A stretch of DNA of 64,000 nucleotides from Bugula neritina (taxonomy: Eukaryota; Animalia; Bryozoa). The stretch is from assembly GCA_964035545.1 (NCBI GenBank), contig OZ037770.1:14188642-14252641 (forward strand), written 5' to 3'. Shown here in pieces: positions 27,361 through 48,214 of the stretch. The notes below the pieces were generated by a model. That model ran no database searches, was not told the DNA's origin, and saw nothing but the letters and a program-made list of their open reading frames with translations. The stretch's first letter is position 1. Each line of letters starts with the position of its first letter. Made by a program: the position numbers and the translations under genes.

Positions 27361-29558
27361 GGAGAGAGGGTTGTTTTGTACACTAACTGACTGGAAGAGT
27401 AATCCAACTGTTAGAAAGATAGTAACAGCTTCAAGGAATTCTAAGACTGGTGTCGCTGCGTGTTAAACAGGTGCCCTCTACACATTTGACTAAAGAAAGC
27501 GTGTGCCTTTACCACAACTTTGAAGGTACCAGCTGTTGTTAAGTTTAATATTATTAGTATTATGTAAGACATCAGAGCTAAGTAGGTGCTCTTCAATGAT
27601 TTAGCTAATATCTAAGCTTTCTTTTAATTTTTTGCCAGGTCTAAAGATTTAGCTACAGTTTAAATATGATAATTTATTTCTTTTTTGGCTTCCTCAATAC
27701 ATTTTTAATTGCAATTTAAACAAGTAAGATTCATTTAAATCATAAATGATAGTTTTTGTAAAACTAAAATATTTTTTAAAAGGCTTCAACTTTTGTTTGC
27801 ATATTAGTTTTATTTTTGCTTGTAAAACCTTGCGTCATGAACTCAAACAAAATTCTAGGACTTTTTGGAAAAGAAAAATGTCTTCAAAAAGTTGTTGTAG
27901 CTGAATAACAATGTTCACACTTAGTATAAAGTGATACAATAAAGCAGTTTAGTTTGGAAAAAACAGTTAATTTCTATTTGACTCTGTAAGTGACTTAAAG
28001 TTTATATATTGCTATGAACATTCAAATTTGGTTTACGGTTTTAAAGTAGACTGTAGATTGATGATTCAGGCAATTACTTTCAAGTGAAGGCTTACTATTT
28101 TATTCATAGGTGATCAGTTTTAATTGCAGCTCACTCATAGCTACTTTTATTCTGAAGTGATTTAATCGTCTCACATAATTATAGGGCTGCGCTGACATTG
28201 GTATTTGCGATGTTCTTGGATTTTGCTGCAGCATTTGAGCTAAATATAAAAACTTATGTGGTTTAACTAAAATTGTTATATAATCAATTATGGAAATAGT
28301 TAGTTGGAAAAAGAACAATTACTTTACGTTTATCATTCCTTAATAAACATTATATATAAACTCAAATTATTTGGCAGAAAGAAAAGTATGGACTTTATCA
28401 CTGTAGATAAAAACGTGCAGTGTAAATCTTAGAATTACTGCTGCTAATCTATAATGAATCTTGTGTTACAAAATTTTGTACTCATAAATTTCTTGCTTTT
28501 TCTGCGTTAGATTTGACTGCAGTAATACTGTTGAAGCTGTCCACCTCTAGTATTACCTGCTGGAAGAGCATCAACCTTATTCTTTACAGTCTTTGCTGGG
28601 TTGTCTATACAAACAAATACTCTCATCATCAGCTAATGTCATTAAAAAGATCAAAAGGCAAAAGAAACAAGACACTATTAAACCTTTATCACTTTCAGTG
28701 GCCACAAAATCATAGCCAAATTCCTTAAATTTCCCTCATCTCTGTATACTGAATTCAACAGCAGTAGACCTACTAGTTGAGTAGCTAACTAACCCTTTCA
28801 ACTCATAATATGGTTGCCAAACACGTGTGGTTAACTCAGCAATTTGAAGGTATTTTTAGTAAAAAGTATAGAATGGAGATGCTGTAAGTGTTTATTTGTT
28901 TTCATGGCTGGTAATCCAATTAAGTCATGCATATTGAATAGTTAGCTTTTATTAGTAAAACATTTACGATTTTAACCAATAGATTTTTAATTACACCTGA
29001 TTTTTGCAAAAAAGCAGAATGTATATTGGCAAAACAGCATAATGGAGTATTTAAACTTTGAACTTGAATGATGTACTAATCTACACTGACTAAAGTTAGC
29101 TAAACTAGTTCTCAGTCATTCTATTATTAGAATACTAGAGTGACCAAATTTATTTTATTATTGTTGTTAAAAGTTTTTGTGCAAATATTCACATAATCTA
29201 ATTAATTAAAAAAAAATTGCTAAATGCAAAAATAACCACTTCATTTCTCATTAATATAATTAAAGTACAGTTATACTATCACTGCTTGCTGCAAGCTCAA
29301 AAAAACAATTAAATTCATAGAAATGAAATTAACTTGAAAGTACTTAGAATGCCTTCAATTAGATATTTTGTTCAAAATATTAGAAAAATTAAAATGTAAA
29401 CTATGTGTACTGCATAAATGAAAAAAATCAATTTATTAAGTCAATTGGAAAGTTGATGTAGCATTCAGTTTTGTTGTTTGTATTGATAATTTTTCAAGAA
29501 ATGGTAAACAAAAACATTTTTCTAAAACTTTTACTCCAGGTTATATTGAGTTATCGAT

Positions 29559-32500
29559 ATGATGATGACAGACGGCAGAATGTCTTGCCAGTACGGAGGT
29601 GATGTCAACTCAGTGGCAGCGAAAGGGCTTTATAACTACTATTTCCCTACAACCTTTCCTAGCAGACATATTTATGACAACTACACGGCGTCAGCGTATC
29701 AGCACACTAACCCGCCCAGGTAGGTTGATAATTCATACAAAGTGAAATAGAAAAAAAATAATGTAAGTATGTACACTAAGTAATATTGTGGTCACCTTTC
29801 ACCTTGGGTGGCAGGTTAAGCAATATTATCATTCATTTTAAAACTGACTTGAAACAGAGCTGAATGGTGCGTAAATCAACGAGTCACATAAATGAAGGCA
29901 AAAATAGTTTGCCATTCTCTTTTTGGCTATTATAAGGGAGTTAAGAGTGTTTTAAATTGATGCCTCGAGTTCCTAATAATCTCTGGATTTTCTGCACTTT
30001 CAACGTCTGTTTTGACCAAAACCTATCTTTTGCAATACTCCTAGCTTTTGTTTCAACATTCCAGCTAAAAATAAGCATTTTTTGGAGTTTAATTAAAAGC
30101 AGTAGTAATCAAGTATGAAAATAGTTAAATAAAAAATTTAGTCAAGAAAAAAAACTTTGCTTCATGGTTATCAAATTCCTTGTTAAACGTTTTATATAAA
30201 TTCAAATCATTTGGCAAAAAATTGAGAAAAGGTATGAATGAAAAGGATGTTTTATTTAAATGCAGGTATGAATACTCAACCATCACGGAATACCCAAGTA
30301 AATGGCCACCACCACCCGCCCTCACTCAGTCTCACCTGGTGACTCATAACCAGATCAACTCTTTAGATGAATCCGAACACGGCAGCCATATTGATCTCAC
30401 GACAGCAGACAAACCATCACCGGAAAGTTCTCATCTCATCAATTCTCAGGTACAAGGAGGCTTAAAACAAAGTATTTGTTTTATATAAATTACTAAAAGA
30501 GGTTATAATAAACCGCTTTAAAATCCGTAGGAATAGTTTAAATCTCTTCTAGGGTTAGTTTTTTTATCATTATTTCCTAGTGATGAAAATGCAGCTTTAA
30601 AATTTAATGTTCAAACTCCATGAGGCATTGCAGCTCAGAAGTTTAACTATTGTTGGTTTGAAGCATTCAAAATTATGATAATAACTGTTGTGTTTTGCCA
30701 TCAGAACTTTTAGCTGTGTTTATGTTATGTAATTTTATATTAAGTAACTAATAGAATAATTAAGAAAATGTGTAAAGAGAGGGGCTATAGAATCAACTAC
30801 ATGTTTATGGTGGTAGATGTAATCAAGTAGATTAATGTTGGGAGATTATAAACTAGTAGAACTAATTAGCATTGTTTAAACCAACAACCACTTGCATTTC
30901 AGTAAGTTGTATAACAACTGGCTCATGCCTGCATCAGAATGTATGACTTCACATCATGTCACATTGTAGTCAATAAAATCAGACGACAGCAAAGCAGAGT
31001 CTGTGGTATCCGATGACTTGGGGTCAGATGATGAGAGTCATCAGCACATTCTGGAGCCTGGGTTCCACGGAAAAGGGAGGAAATGCTTGCTCTGGGCATG
31101 TAAAGCTTGCAAGAAGAAGAATGTGAGTGAAGTAGTAATGCTATCGTCAATAATTTACTATAAATTTCTTATTGAGCCAAACCAAGTTCCGAGAAAACAA
31201 GTATATGTTTTCATTATCTTTCTCGAAATTTACCTTATCACCATAGACTTTTAGATTTTTCTGTTTTGATACACTCACACATCAAGATGAACATTACAAC
31301 AACAAGCGTTATAGCTGCTGAAACCTTTCAACTAATTATGCATTGGTAATCGGATACCTTATTCTCAAATGTTTTCAAAACTTTTCTTAAACCTAAAGTC
31401 TTAATGTGCAGTATGATGTAAGTTCCTAATAAAAATGTTTATTAAACATCTGATGCACAAATAGATTACTGAGTCTTATAAACTGTAACTCAAAGAATTG
31501 CAAAGTGTCTTCTTCTATTTAGCGTTCATTTATTTGTATGACTTTTCAGTCTAAAAATAGCTAACTGCTGTCAATTTGAATCTATTTGTAACTCATAAAT
31601 TATGCAATGATTTGGTAGGTGAATCATTCACCCACATATCAAGAAGACTTTAATAAGACTTTATTGAAATAGATTTGCATCTCTATTTAAATTTTATTTT
31701 TTTATATTTTAATAAACTATTATTCCTGTCATGTCAACAACCAGTTATCAACAACCAGTTATCTCTTTATAGGTTGCAGTAGACAGGAGGAAAGCTGCAA
31801 CTATGAGAGAAAGACGTAGACTCAGGAAAGTTAATGAGGCATTTGATAAGTTGAAGAAAAGAACCTGTGCCAACCCGTCCCAGAGATTGCCTAAAGTTGA
31901 GATACTGCGCAATGCTATTGAATATATAGGTGCGTTATAGTACATTATAGTATATGGATTTAAACTATTGATCAAATTCTGACCAAATCAGTTGCCCTAA
32001 ATGTTACTTATTTATATTCTGACATTATAATACCATTCAAGCTTTTCATTTATACATTTTTCAACTTATAGCTCCAATGCATTACTTCTTTGATGTTCTA
32101 ATTTTCTTACTAGCTAAAGCAATAGAAGCAATTGCAGTATTAAAACTTTTGCCTCCACTGGGATTTAGACCTGAGACCTCCAGTTTGTAAGCAGGCGGGC
32201 TAACTATTGCACCACGCGGACTACTGCATGGGAAAACTCAACTCTACAAATATTATCAAATAAATAATTTTGAAAATCTAATTTATAGTTTTTCTAAATT
32301 TCTTAGAAAAGTTAGAAGTGATGCTAAACGGGGTGAGGCCGCCACTTTCAACTGGAAATGTCAAAAGAGAAGCCACCAACAACCAACCAGATCTCAGCAA
32401 CACTTCTCCACCTTCGTACAGACCTGCAAACTTGGTGAGTTGATCGTTTTATCTTCTCACCACACTCTAACAAAGCATCTCAGGCCATAAACTTGTATTC

Positions 32501-34579
32501 TGATTCTTCAAGTTACTGCGTTAGTTTAGTCATTCGATAATAAGGGCGCTTTATATCTTAAGGTTAGGGCGTAGGGAATCATTTTCAGATTCCCTACGCT
32601 TAGGGAATACGAAAGCACCATAAATGTTAAAACAATCCTCTCTCATAAAACTTTTGCGTTGGTGCAGCTTCATAAAAGAAACTGTGTGGGGGTATTATAG
32701 CATAAATGTAAGCTTGTGTGAAAAATCAGTGTTTTTTCATTTTACTCGGTGTAATAAGTGATCTAAAGTAAAATATTTGTACGTCTGACACACAGTTTGC
32801 ATGTAGGTATGTCATATATTTAAATGGCGCTCAAAATAATTTTCCAAAATTAGAAAACTGTATCATTTTCATTTTAGTAGAATTATCATAGGCCCGTAAA
32901 TAACTGTCCATTAGCTAGTATTACAAATGGCTCCACCTAATCTTCTCCAATGTTATAATCTGAAATTTTATTCAACAGTGGAACATGTCTGAAAGACTGG
33001 GTAGACATTTGGTTGGACAAGATATAAATGCACTCAGTTCGAAAGTATTCCAACCATTATAAAAATGTGTAATTGATATTATTATTAAATTCTAGAGCAA
33101 TTAGGCAGCCATAAAAGGTAGCTAAGTAATTAGATGTGATACACAAACAAATGAAAGCTGCAACTTCTTTCACACACTGCACATGCTTCATTAGATCACA
33201 ATGTAACCAAGTATAGATTTAATACAGCAGCATACATAGAAATCCTTGTTCCAGGGTCATCTTATGTGATATAGTAACGCTTAGAAATTCACTATTTATA
33301 AGAATTTATTTTCAGGAACACATAGTTTTTGTGTGAAATCTTTTTGAAAATGTCTGTTAAATTTTTCATAAATTTAAACTGTTTTTTAAATTATTTTTAA
33401 ATGAAAACAATTAGCTAAAACAATATACTATCAACAATTTATTTAATGAACACTGACTCAAAATATTATAGGAGCAACTGTGGAAGTCAATCAAGTGTCT
33501 TTTAGTGCAGGAACATTAGTGTACGGTATAGCTCGCTGAATTAGTTATATCTGAAATGTTGATTAGAAATTGAATTTATGGTGTATTGATGGCTAGCTAT
33601 TATACAACCCAGGTCTCTGCCGTTATATAGCTTCACAGTGGCATCTCTCTATACTTTAGAGCTAAGCGGTTTGGTTAGTGCATATAGCTAGTTAACATGT
33701 AGCTTACATTTAATATAGCATAGCCTAAATGAAATTTGCAAAGTTTGTGGTTTTGAGTCGGTAATCATATTTATTCCTTCAAAAAATATCTCAAAAACGG
33801 GTTTTAATAAAAATGAAAACCTGAATGGTTTTAGACTCTGCGCTTCTTGATTAAATTCTATCACCTATTTAGTTTATCAGCAATTATCGTTTTCATAACA
33901 AGAGATCATTATCGCAGAGGTCTTGAATTTAATAGGCAAACCTGCATCAGGTTTTGGCAACAGGCCATGTGAATTTCAACTAAAGTCCCGCACAATAAAA
34001 CGTTTGATGTAATTATCTTTGAAACTTGTTGAAGTTTTATCTGCTATTGTTTGGCAGGCAATCTCCTTATAGTCTTATAAATTGTAAAAGCACACCGTGT
34101 GTGTCTGCATAGAATATTAGTAAACTCCTGTTCCTGTATAACCTATTACCAGCTAGTCAGTTGAGAGCTAAGCATAATGTAAAGTCAAGGTACTGAAGTA
34201 CTGATTACTTGCACCCCCTTTTTTAGTTCACCCCCTTCCCCCTTCTCCTCCCCTCTTCAATTATCCACCTCCAAGCAGTTTATGTGCAGCAATATGCAAA
34301 CCTATAATGTTTCCTGTTTGAAGTGTTTTAAACTAAACTATAGATGATAAATAAAGATAATAATTTTAGTAAATTTATTAATCTTGCATAAATAAAGACT
34401 ATATATAGATAATTCAAGTATAAGTGGTCATCATATATTATAATGTATGTGAGGAATCTGAAAGCCAATAACTAATTTCAAATTAAATCCTAATGAATAA
34501 TATTATAATATAATATAATATAAACATTATTATAGTATAATGTAATGCAACGCATCAAAATATAAAAGACAAGCATTAT

Positions 34580-34669
<90 letters not shown>

Positions 34670-37137
34670 GCATATTATTATATAATATATTACAGTATAG
34701 CTGTAAACAATAATATGCTTTAATCTAATATAATAATTTATAATAATAATGTGTATAATGTAGATTATAAAGCTATAATTTTTTCTGATTTTAATAGCAG
34801 GCATCACGAACAGGATATTACGAGGATTTGCCGACAACGTCTACCTACGTAGACTATTCTCAGACTAGCTATCTCACTACATCAAACATGGCAGCCACTG
34901 TGGGAAGCTGTTCATCATCATCAATACCCACAGGTAAATATATAAGTATTTAGGAAAGTATAATAGAGAAATTGAGATAGCCTAAGTTCTTTAATTATTT
35001 ATCAAATTTTGGTTTAGGGCTGGGTTGAAACTCATGCGAGAAAATAACTTCTTTTGCTACCTTTCTAATCTAGATCACAGGCTTTTCTGAATTTCTCCAT
35101 TACTGCCTCACTATAATAAGCTATTTGGGTAAAAAAATTCTTGATTTTTTTTAAGCTTTCTTTAAGATAAAGAGCTTAGACACACTGATGCAAGTTTATG
35201 GACTTCATGAAGATTACTGTAATATGTCATGGCAGCCAAGAATAATGTTTCAAATGAAATTTTCAAGAGTTTTAAATCATGACATTCCACAAATATTTGT
35301 AAAAGCTGGTGCTTCTTCCCAGGCCAATAAAAAGGTGGCATGCATGTAAAAGTAATTTAATAACTATAAACTTATATCATAGTTTCATTTGGGAGAAACT
35401 TTTACTGCTACCCTGGTTAAATGATTGGATTTTGATTTCCTGAAGAATATAATTCAAAGAATAAAAAGCAATGAATACACTGGGAAAGTCATAATATATA
35501 ATGTGGATGTGCAAAAATTGGGATGATTTACAGTTGTACTTAAAAAACAGTTATGGAAATAGATATTACATAATTGAAAAATAGTTGTAAAGGGGTTTCT
35601 ATTACTTTACAAATTTAAGCAAAAAGTTTCTATTTTTTTATTAATGAATTTAATAAAAATTGTAAATTATGACTGAATTAGCAATGGTTTTCACTATTTT
35701 TAGGTAAAAAATTTGAAATAGTTCGTACAAAATTTAATTCATTGCATACAAATTTGAAAATTAAATGTTTATCCAACTGCTACAGATAACATATAGTTTT
35801 AATTGTAATCAAGATTTCAGACTTGAGGGAAATAATGTAAAAAGCTTGCATAATAATAAAGACCAGTAATAATTATATAGCTAAAAAGTTCACCTTCAAT
35901 TATTACTGTTTGTGTTCATATCATAAAACTCTTGAGCCATCATATAAGCTACTCTAGAATGATTGTAATCGTCAGCAAATAGTTGCAGCATATCATAGTA
36001 GTTAGAATTTCATCTCCCAGACATACTGGCTATGGGAGAGCATAGCTAGCACCTCCCAGTATTGTCTTGTCATGGTACTCCATCATATACGCTCTTGCAT
36101 TACAATCCCTCAGTCTGTATTGCTATTTATATGATTCATATGATACCCTTAATATGAGCTAATATCAATGGCTAAGTACTTATGATTTTGGTTTTGCAAA
36201 TTAATAATTTACTAATTTAATAATTAAATGTTCACAATTAAAGATCTTTGAAATAATTTCAAGTAGTTGATTAGTCAACTACATGTTTATTGAATTATAA
36301 GTTCCATGTAACTTTATCCACTAATTCTAGGGGCTTTAGATATTCAACCCGCAATTGATTGGCTACCGGAATGATAAAACTGTGCAAAGTGTGTGAATAT
36401 CACAATACATTATATTTGTAAATACTTTTAGCAATTATTGTTAATTTATTCAATGCTAAAAATCACAAACAACCAACTATGCCAGAAGATTTTTTTTCAG
36501 TGTATATAAAAAGAACTTAACAATATTTTGTTTAAGCCATTTTATGATAGCACGTACACTCAATCAATTTCATAATACAAAGATTTATGGCTCAAAGTAA
36601 TTAAACTGAGATAAAGTTTTTATTATTAATTAAAAACTTTAACAGTTTTGAATAAGCATGTGATAATTTTTTATTTCACATTGAAAAATATTTAAATTTT
36701 CTGTTGACATCATGATAATAAAAGGATAACGGTATTGAAAAGTGTCCCGCAGCAAGGCAAATAGAAACTCGTATGAAATATTTGCAGAATGTAGAAGCTT
36801 TTGTGTTTTTCGATAGTTTTTAGCATTATAAAAAACAATGTCTTTTCAACTTATGTTATTTTTCTTTTTAACCCTTAACTCTTTTGCAACTTCCCTTACA
36901 GGAACTAACAAACCCCTTTAACCAGCATTTTATTATTAACCATTGCCTTTATTATAGTGAACACCTGTTATTGTTTTAGCAGACGTCTATTCGTTAAGCC
37001 AGAAAGTGGTGGAACATTCCAGATCTACAGCGTTACCAAACAACACAACGTTAGAGCACCTCAACTTGATAGTCGACAGCTTACAAGAAGATCCTGATAG
37101 CAACTCTGAAGGCGGTACAAACTCTCATATTTCCTGA
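29559..37137 (+). CDS. MyoD: Myogenic regulatory factor MyoD/nautilus (bHLH)
   Basis: Exons 29559-29719, 30266-30449, 30970-31122, 31773-31929, 32307-32434, 34798/34801-34933, 36980/36983-37137. His/Cys-rich [23 protein letters not shown], b[55 protein letters not shown] with the myogenic Ala-Thr, C-terminal helix-III-like [13 protein letters not shown]. Confidence 0.96.
32151..32251 (-). mobile_element. tRNA-like dispersed repeat family 2, copy B
   Basis: RC: atttgtagagttgagttt...cagtagtccgcgtggtgcaatagttagcccgcctgcttacaaactggaggtctcaggtctaaatcccagtggaggcaa. Confidence 0.65.
34583..34665. repeat. (TA)n microsatellite
   Basis: Direct inspection. Confidence 0.97.
34957..35106 (-). mobile_element. 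~150-bp MITE family, copy 1 (inverted relative to the other two)
   Basis: gagaaattgagatagcctaagtt ... caggcttttctgaatttctccattactgc; ~28-bp TIRs; interior matches 55647-55795 and 59581-59717. Confidence 0.8.
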
Positions 37138-38077
37138 ACAGCGATCAGACTTCCTGGATGTGGCCATTCAATACCATTTTTTCATCTTCGACTCAATTAT
37201 TTTAAAAACAAATTATTACCAAATTTATAAGTTTTTTTCGAATATTTTTTTTTATTTTTTTTCTATCATTTTTATATTATTTTGCATGCTTGGTTTAGCG
37301 TTGGCAATATAACTACTGAAAATATTGTACATAATGTAGGCAGTGAGAATTTTTTTCTGCTACTAAAATATAAAACTTATTATAGCAATATGATTGCCCC
37401 AAAAACTCTTTGAAATTTTGTTATGTTGCGATTTATCTTTATATAGTAAAAAATCCAAGATGAAATTCTATTTCAGTAAGTTGAGGTTAGGTAAGCTCCC
37501 TACCCAGCTCAAACTTTAAAAGTATGAACTCTGCTAATGTTATACAAACTATTTATAAAACTTGAATAAAAAAAGTATAAAATATTTTTGGTGTAATACA
37601 TTCTATAGAAAAGTTATTATAATACAAGTTAGACTGGAAACCGCACACAACTTCAATGTTGTTTTTGCTTTTGATGAACTTTAGGCTATGAGGTAGCAAA
37701 TTAATCTATATAATATTTCATTAGGCACTGCAAGCGTGTTATATGGAAACTCACTCTTTTGTGAAGTAGGTAAGAAATTAAAACATAATTATTTAGAGTT
37801 TGTGAAGACTAAATAGAAGTTGTAAATAAATAAATAATAGAGAGACATTCTTGAAATGAATTCATCACCTATAATATTGTTAGGCTGGCAATGGGGATAT
37901 ACTGATAAAGATATAATACAATATATAGTTGTACTGCCTCTATCAATGTGTCTACAAAGCTACACACACATATTCTGTTTCACTCTATGGATACTATTGT
38001 GAGTTCAAAGCTCAACAAAAAATAGGAAGTGTGAAACATCATTAAAGTAAAGTACGCGTTGTCACTTTGTCTTCTTT

Positions 38078-43740
<5,663 letters not shown>

Positions 43741-43824
43741 CTTTCCAAATTTCGGATAACTGACTGACAGGCTTTTATCTCTTGACAAAAGGAATAGAAA
43801 CAAGCAAAGCAGTTATATGCTACA

Positions 43825-44105
43825 ACTATAGCATACTATAGCATACTCTAGCATATACTGTAGCACACTGTAGCATATACTGTAGCATATACTTTAGCAT
43901 ACTGTAGCACACTGTATATAGTATGTTGCAGCACACCGCAACATACTATATGTTAGCATGCTTTACCATATTATAGATTAATGTAGAATATTGTAGCATA
44001 CTGTAGCATATTATAACATAGTATTGTAACATATTATAGCATGCTGTAGTCTTATATTATAACATACTATGTAGCGTGCTACAGTATACTGTAGCACGCT
44101 ACATA
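43825..44105. repeat. Degenerate ~10-bp tandem repeat (TAGCATACTG)n
   Basis: Direct inspection. Confidence 0.85.
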
Positions 44106-45221
44106 GTAAAGTATATAATACCTTGTGCAGTCTCCCATAGTGAAAGCTCTCAGGCAGCTGTGCAATAAAGTTAAGTCAATATACTAAATAAAACTAATCA
44201 ATTTGAATATTAAACGGGTTATCCACTTACATCACAATACCAAGTGTACATTTGAGTAGTTAAAATCGTGATTGCTTTTATTTGTATAGAACCTATTTGT
44301 TCAGATAATTCACAAAAGTTGCAACATTCTTAATGTCTGGAGAGATAAATTATGTGCAATTCAAAGTGTGTCATTTCAAGCTAAAAACCATACTTTTAGT
44401 TCCTAAACTTTGCAGCTAAAAGCTTACTAGATTAAATAGCTAAAATTTGATCGGTGGAAAAGCTTTGAAGCGCAGTGACTAACTAAAAAAGAGGTGTTAT
44501 TTTAAAATTGCATCTTCAAGTAGCATCAAATATCCGGACTAACACGTAGGCCAATGTCCTTTTTTTGAAAGTGACACTCAAATATTCCTGTTTATACATA
44601 GTTATTTTATCATAGAGAAAGACTTCCGACAAATACTTTCAATCAGAACAAGTTTCGACTAAAAACAAGATTTTAATAGAAAAAATTTGCTGGCAAGAGT
44701 TTGAAATATACCGTGTATTTAACAAGTAAAAAGTGATGCTTTTGCAACATTTCAAGTGTGTGGGCCATTGTTTGTTTGTGAACACCTTTCATGAACTGTT
44801 TAAAAGCTAGGCAGGATTTGTAAGACCTCTGATTATTCACATGTTTTTGAATTTGTTTAAACATTTAATGATGTATACAAAAAACTATTAGTTTAATGAC
44901 AGAAAAACAATAAAATATCAATTTTCATCTCTGGAAACATGGAATAAGTTTTGTAGTAATTATTTAATTTAAGCTACAGTGCAAATATAAAGTAAAATTT
45001 TGTGATACAAGAAAAGACAACTCTTGCAGTGCATGCAATGACCAATTGAAAGTAGTTCATCTAAGAGCATAGAGTTTCCACACAAGATAAGATAATTTCT
45101 TACATATAATTGTATCGTTATATATATTATGGCTTTGTTATTTCTTAAACATAATTAAGAAAACGTATTATTGCTTTGTCAGCAGCTGTTTCAAGATTTG
45201 TCTCCCCATTAGCACAGAACG

Positions 45222-45402
<181 letters not shown>

Positions 45403-48214
45403 AACTGTTATCATTGTGTGAATTGCAAGAGTCATATTTCCTTGAACAACATAACTTTCCATGTTACCATGCAATAGGCTACAACATTTCAAAGTTACTA
45501 TGAAGTCTTACCAAAGCATCACAATTAAAAGCCTGTTTAATATGTTGCATTTATCTGCCTAATTTTGCACTAAAATATAAATTCGTGAGTAAAATTTAGA
45601 AATAGTTTTACTTTTGTTTACAAGTGTGTAATTTTTGCTCAAAACTGTTGACAGGTATAACGAATTAATGCGCTGTTTCTAGAACGCAAATTTGAAATAA
45701 AAATTAAATTGATTTTCCACAAGATTTGAATAAGCACTTACTTTTGTCCCACAACAAACCAATGACTTTAAACTAGGCAGCAAAAGTATGAATTATTACT
45801 CTATATGGAGTTAGGCATTCTACTTAAGAGATATTACTGCAATGTAAAATAGAATAACAAAGCAATTAAACATACAACAAGTTCCTCATGCAATTTTCGA
45901 TATATTTTGTTACAATTATTTAATTATGCAAGTGAAATTAATTTTAATGAAACAAAGAATATAAATTAGATGGAATAATTTAGCACTACATATTGCATTG
46001 CAGGTATAACAACTTTCAGTGTCCATGTAGGTAAAACATTAACAAGTAGTAACTATTTTTATTAAATCTATTGTAGGAGAATGCAATTAAAGCAAAATTT
46101 TCAGAAATAGTAGATTAATGCAGCTATAGAATATTATTATGCGTTGCATTAGTCATTGGGATTCCCCATCTATTAGGTATAAACTATTCCCTATAATATT
46201 ATGCTGGTGCCTGGACTATAATAACATTACTAAGTGTTGACTTTAGTGTGCTTGCACTCATTTATTGCTAGGCGACCTAGTTAGTTACACTATACACTAC
46301 CCTCGCTTGCAAAGCCTTGCAAACACTTAGAAAGACAAGCTGTAAGGAAAATTGTAAACTAAAAAGACTTGCTAAAAATCTGTTAGCATTATGTAATACC
46401 TTATCACCAGAGATTCTAAAAGCACTTGAAGGTTGCAACAGGTAGAAGAAGGAGTTTGCCGTGGACTGCTACACACTCAAGGCTAGATTACTGCTTATTT
46501 CTTGTCACTTACAAGGTAGGTTATAGTTCAATTAGTTGCATGGTATAAATGAGCCTGTACTTGATTCACCTTGTGCAGACTAGCTATCAAACTTTTCAAG
46601 AGTCTTGAAACCTTTCTATTTTTAACACAGTTAAAACTGACACTTTTAGTAATATCTTAGGCATCTGCAACTGTTATTAAGAACTTTATGATTGGTAAAA
46701 ATAACTTGTAACTTTTAGATCTGTTTACTTGTTATAGATAAGACAATTCTGATCCAAAATCCAAAGTACTGCTGGTACTTTATTATTAGTTTAGTTGCTG
46801 ACAACAATTTGTGATGAAATAATAATCTTCTATTTAAATTTATCTGCCAGCTAAAACAAGTAACGTTCAAAAGGCAAAGTTCAAACTATCTATTCATTAA
46901 ACCAAGGTTCAAGCATTGTTGCCCGAGTCTTGAATGTTTTTTATCATCTACATTCTACACAGATGTGAGCTGATAACAGTAGCCAGTTATTCTGATGATT
47001 AGTTGGGCAGCTTTAAACTATTCAAAAAACTATGACCTTATTTACTGAATTTATCTCCAAAGTCAGTGAGTTTCATCACAGTGACTTTATTTGTAATTGC
47101 AATCAAGAAAGAAAATGGCTTTGCATAATCTAAAGAATCCCCACACGCACACACTTCATTTATGCAGTAATAAAATATTAATATATATCTTAGCCACCAT
47201 TTACAGGCTGTTTGAAAGTTGCATACTCAAATAAATTGATTTTAAAACCAATTTTATGCTCACGGTGGGGTTTACGGCTTAACTTTTAAGCCAGCTTATT
47301 TATTAAGGTGTGAGCTGAAATAACATGTGCAATAAAAGCCAGCAATAACTTCAAAACCTACTGGAAACGTAATTTGCAGCAATAAACAATCCTCAATTAA
47401 TTCAAGGCACGTTTACACAACATTAATATTGTAAAACTGTCTGAGCATATTACAACCCTTTTTGCAGTCTATAACTTAAAGTAAAGATAATATATACATG
47501 AATATTTTAATACTGCGTAAATGAAGTGGCTTAAGGATTATTTAAAACTATCCTATAAAGATTGCAATTATTGAGAACATGTGCTGACAAGCCATGACTA
47601 GCTTGTATTGACTAGCAAGTTGCATCAAAGCGGTAGTACCTGCTATTATTAGTTGCTACCAATTGGACTTATACAAAAGATTATTATAATCAATGAAATA
47701 GTGATATTAGGCATACACGTGTAACAATAAAACTTATTATCTGTGAACAATACACCTATTTTCTAGCACTATACAAAGTTTGATAGTTTAGTTTTAAATA
47801 ACTGACGCTATCAGTTTGATTCTGTTTGTTCAATAACAACCATTTCTTTTAGTGACGTGAAACTGTGAGAATAAGTCAAAGAACAATTTGCCGGCAGGTA
47901 TGTATGTAAACTTTATTTGCTTTTAAAGTTACCTTATGTTAGTTTGTTATTTTACTTGTGGTGTTTCTGTGGTCATACAATCTTTATGTGGAGGGGCTAT
48001 ACAGACACTTGGGTTCTTTTTATAAGTCAGAAGCTGCAACAAATAAGCATTCATAAATATATTTTTCCCTGGAGTGAATTTTTATGCATGGTAAAAATGT
48101 TGAACTTAAGCCCTAGTAGACATATTGTATAGTCACAGTTGGCTTTTGTTAGGTTCTATAATCATCAAAGAAGAGAAACTATTAATACAAGCCAAGAGTA
48201 ATAAATCTTTCAAC

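Noticed and set aside
22000-29500. Short ORFs and possible miR-1/miR-133 genes upstream of MyoD
   Set aside because: ORFs lack motifs or splice support; no mature myomiR sequence recognised by eye
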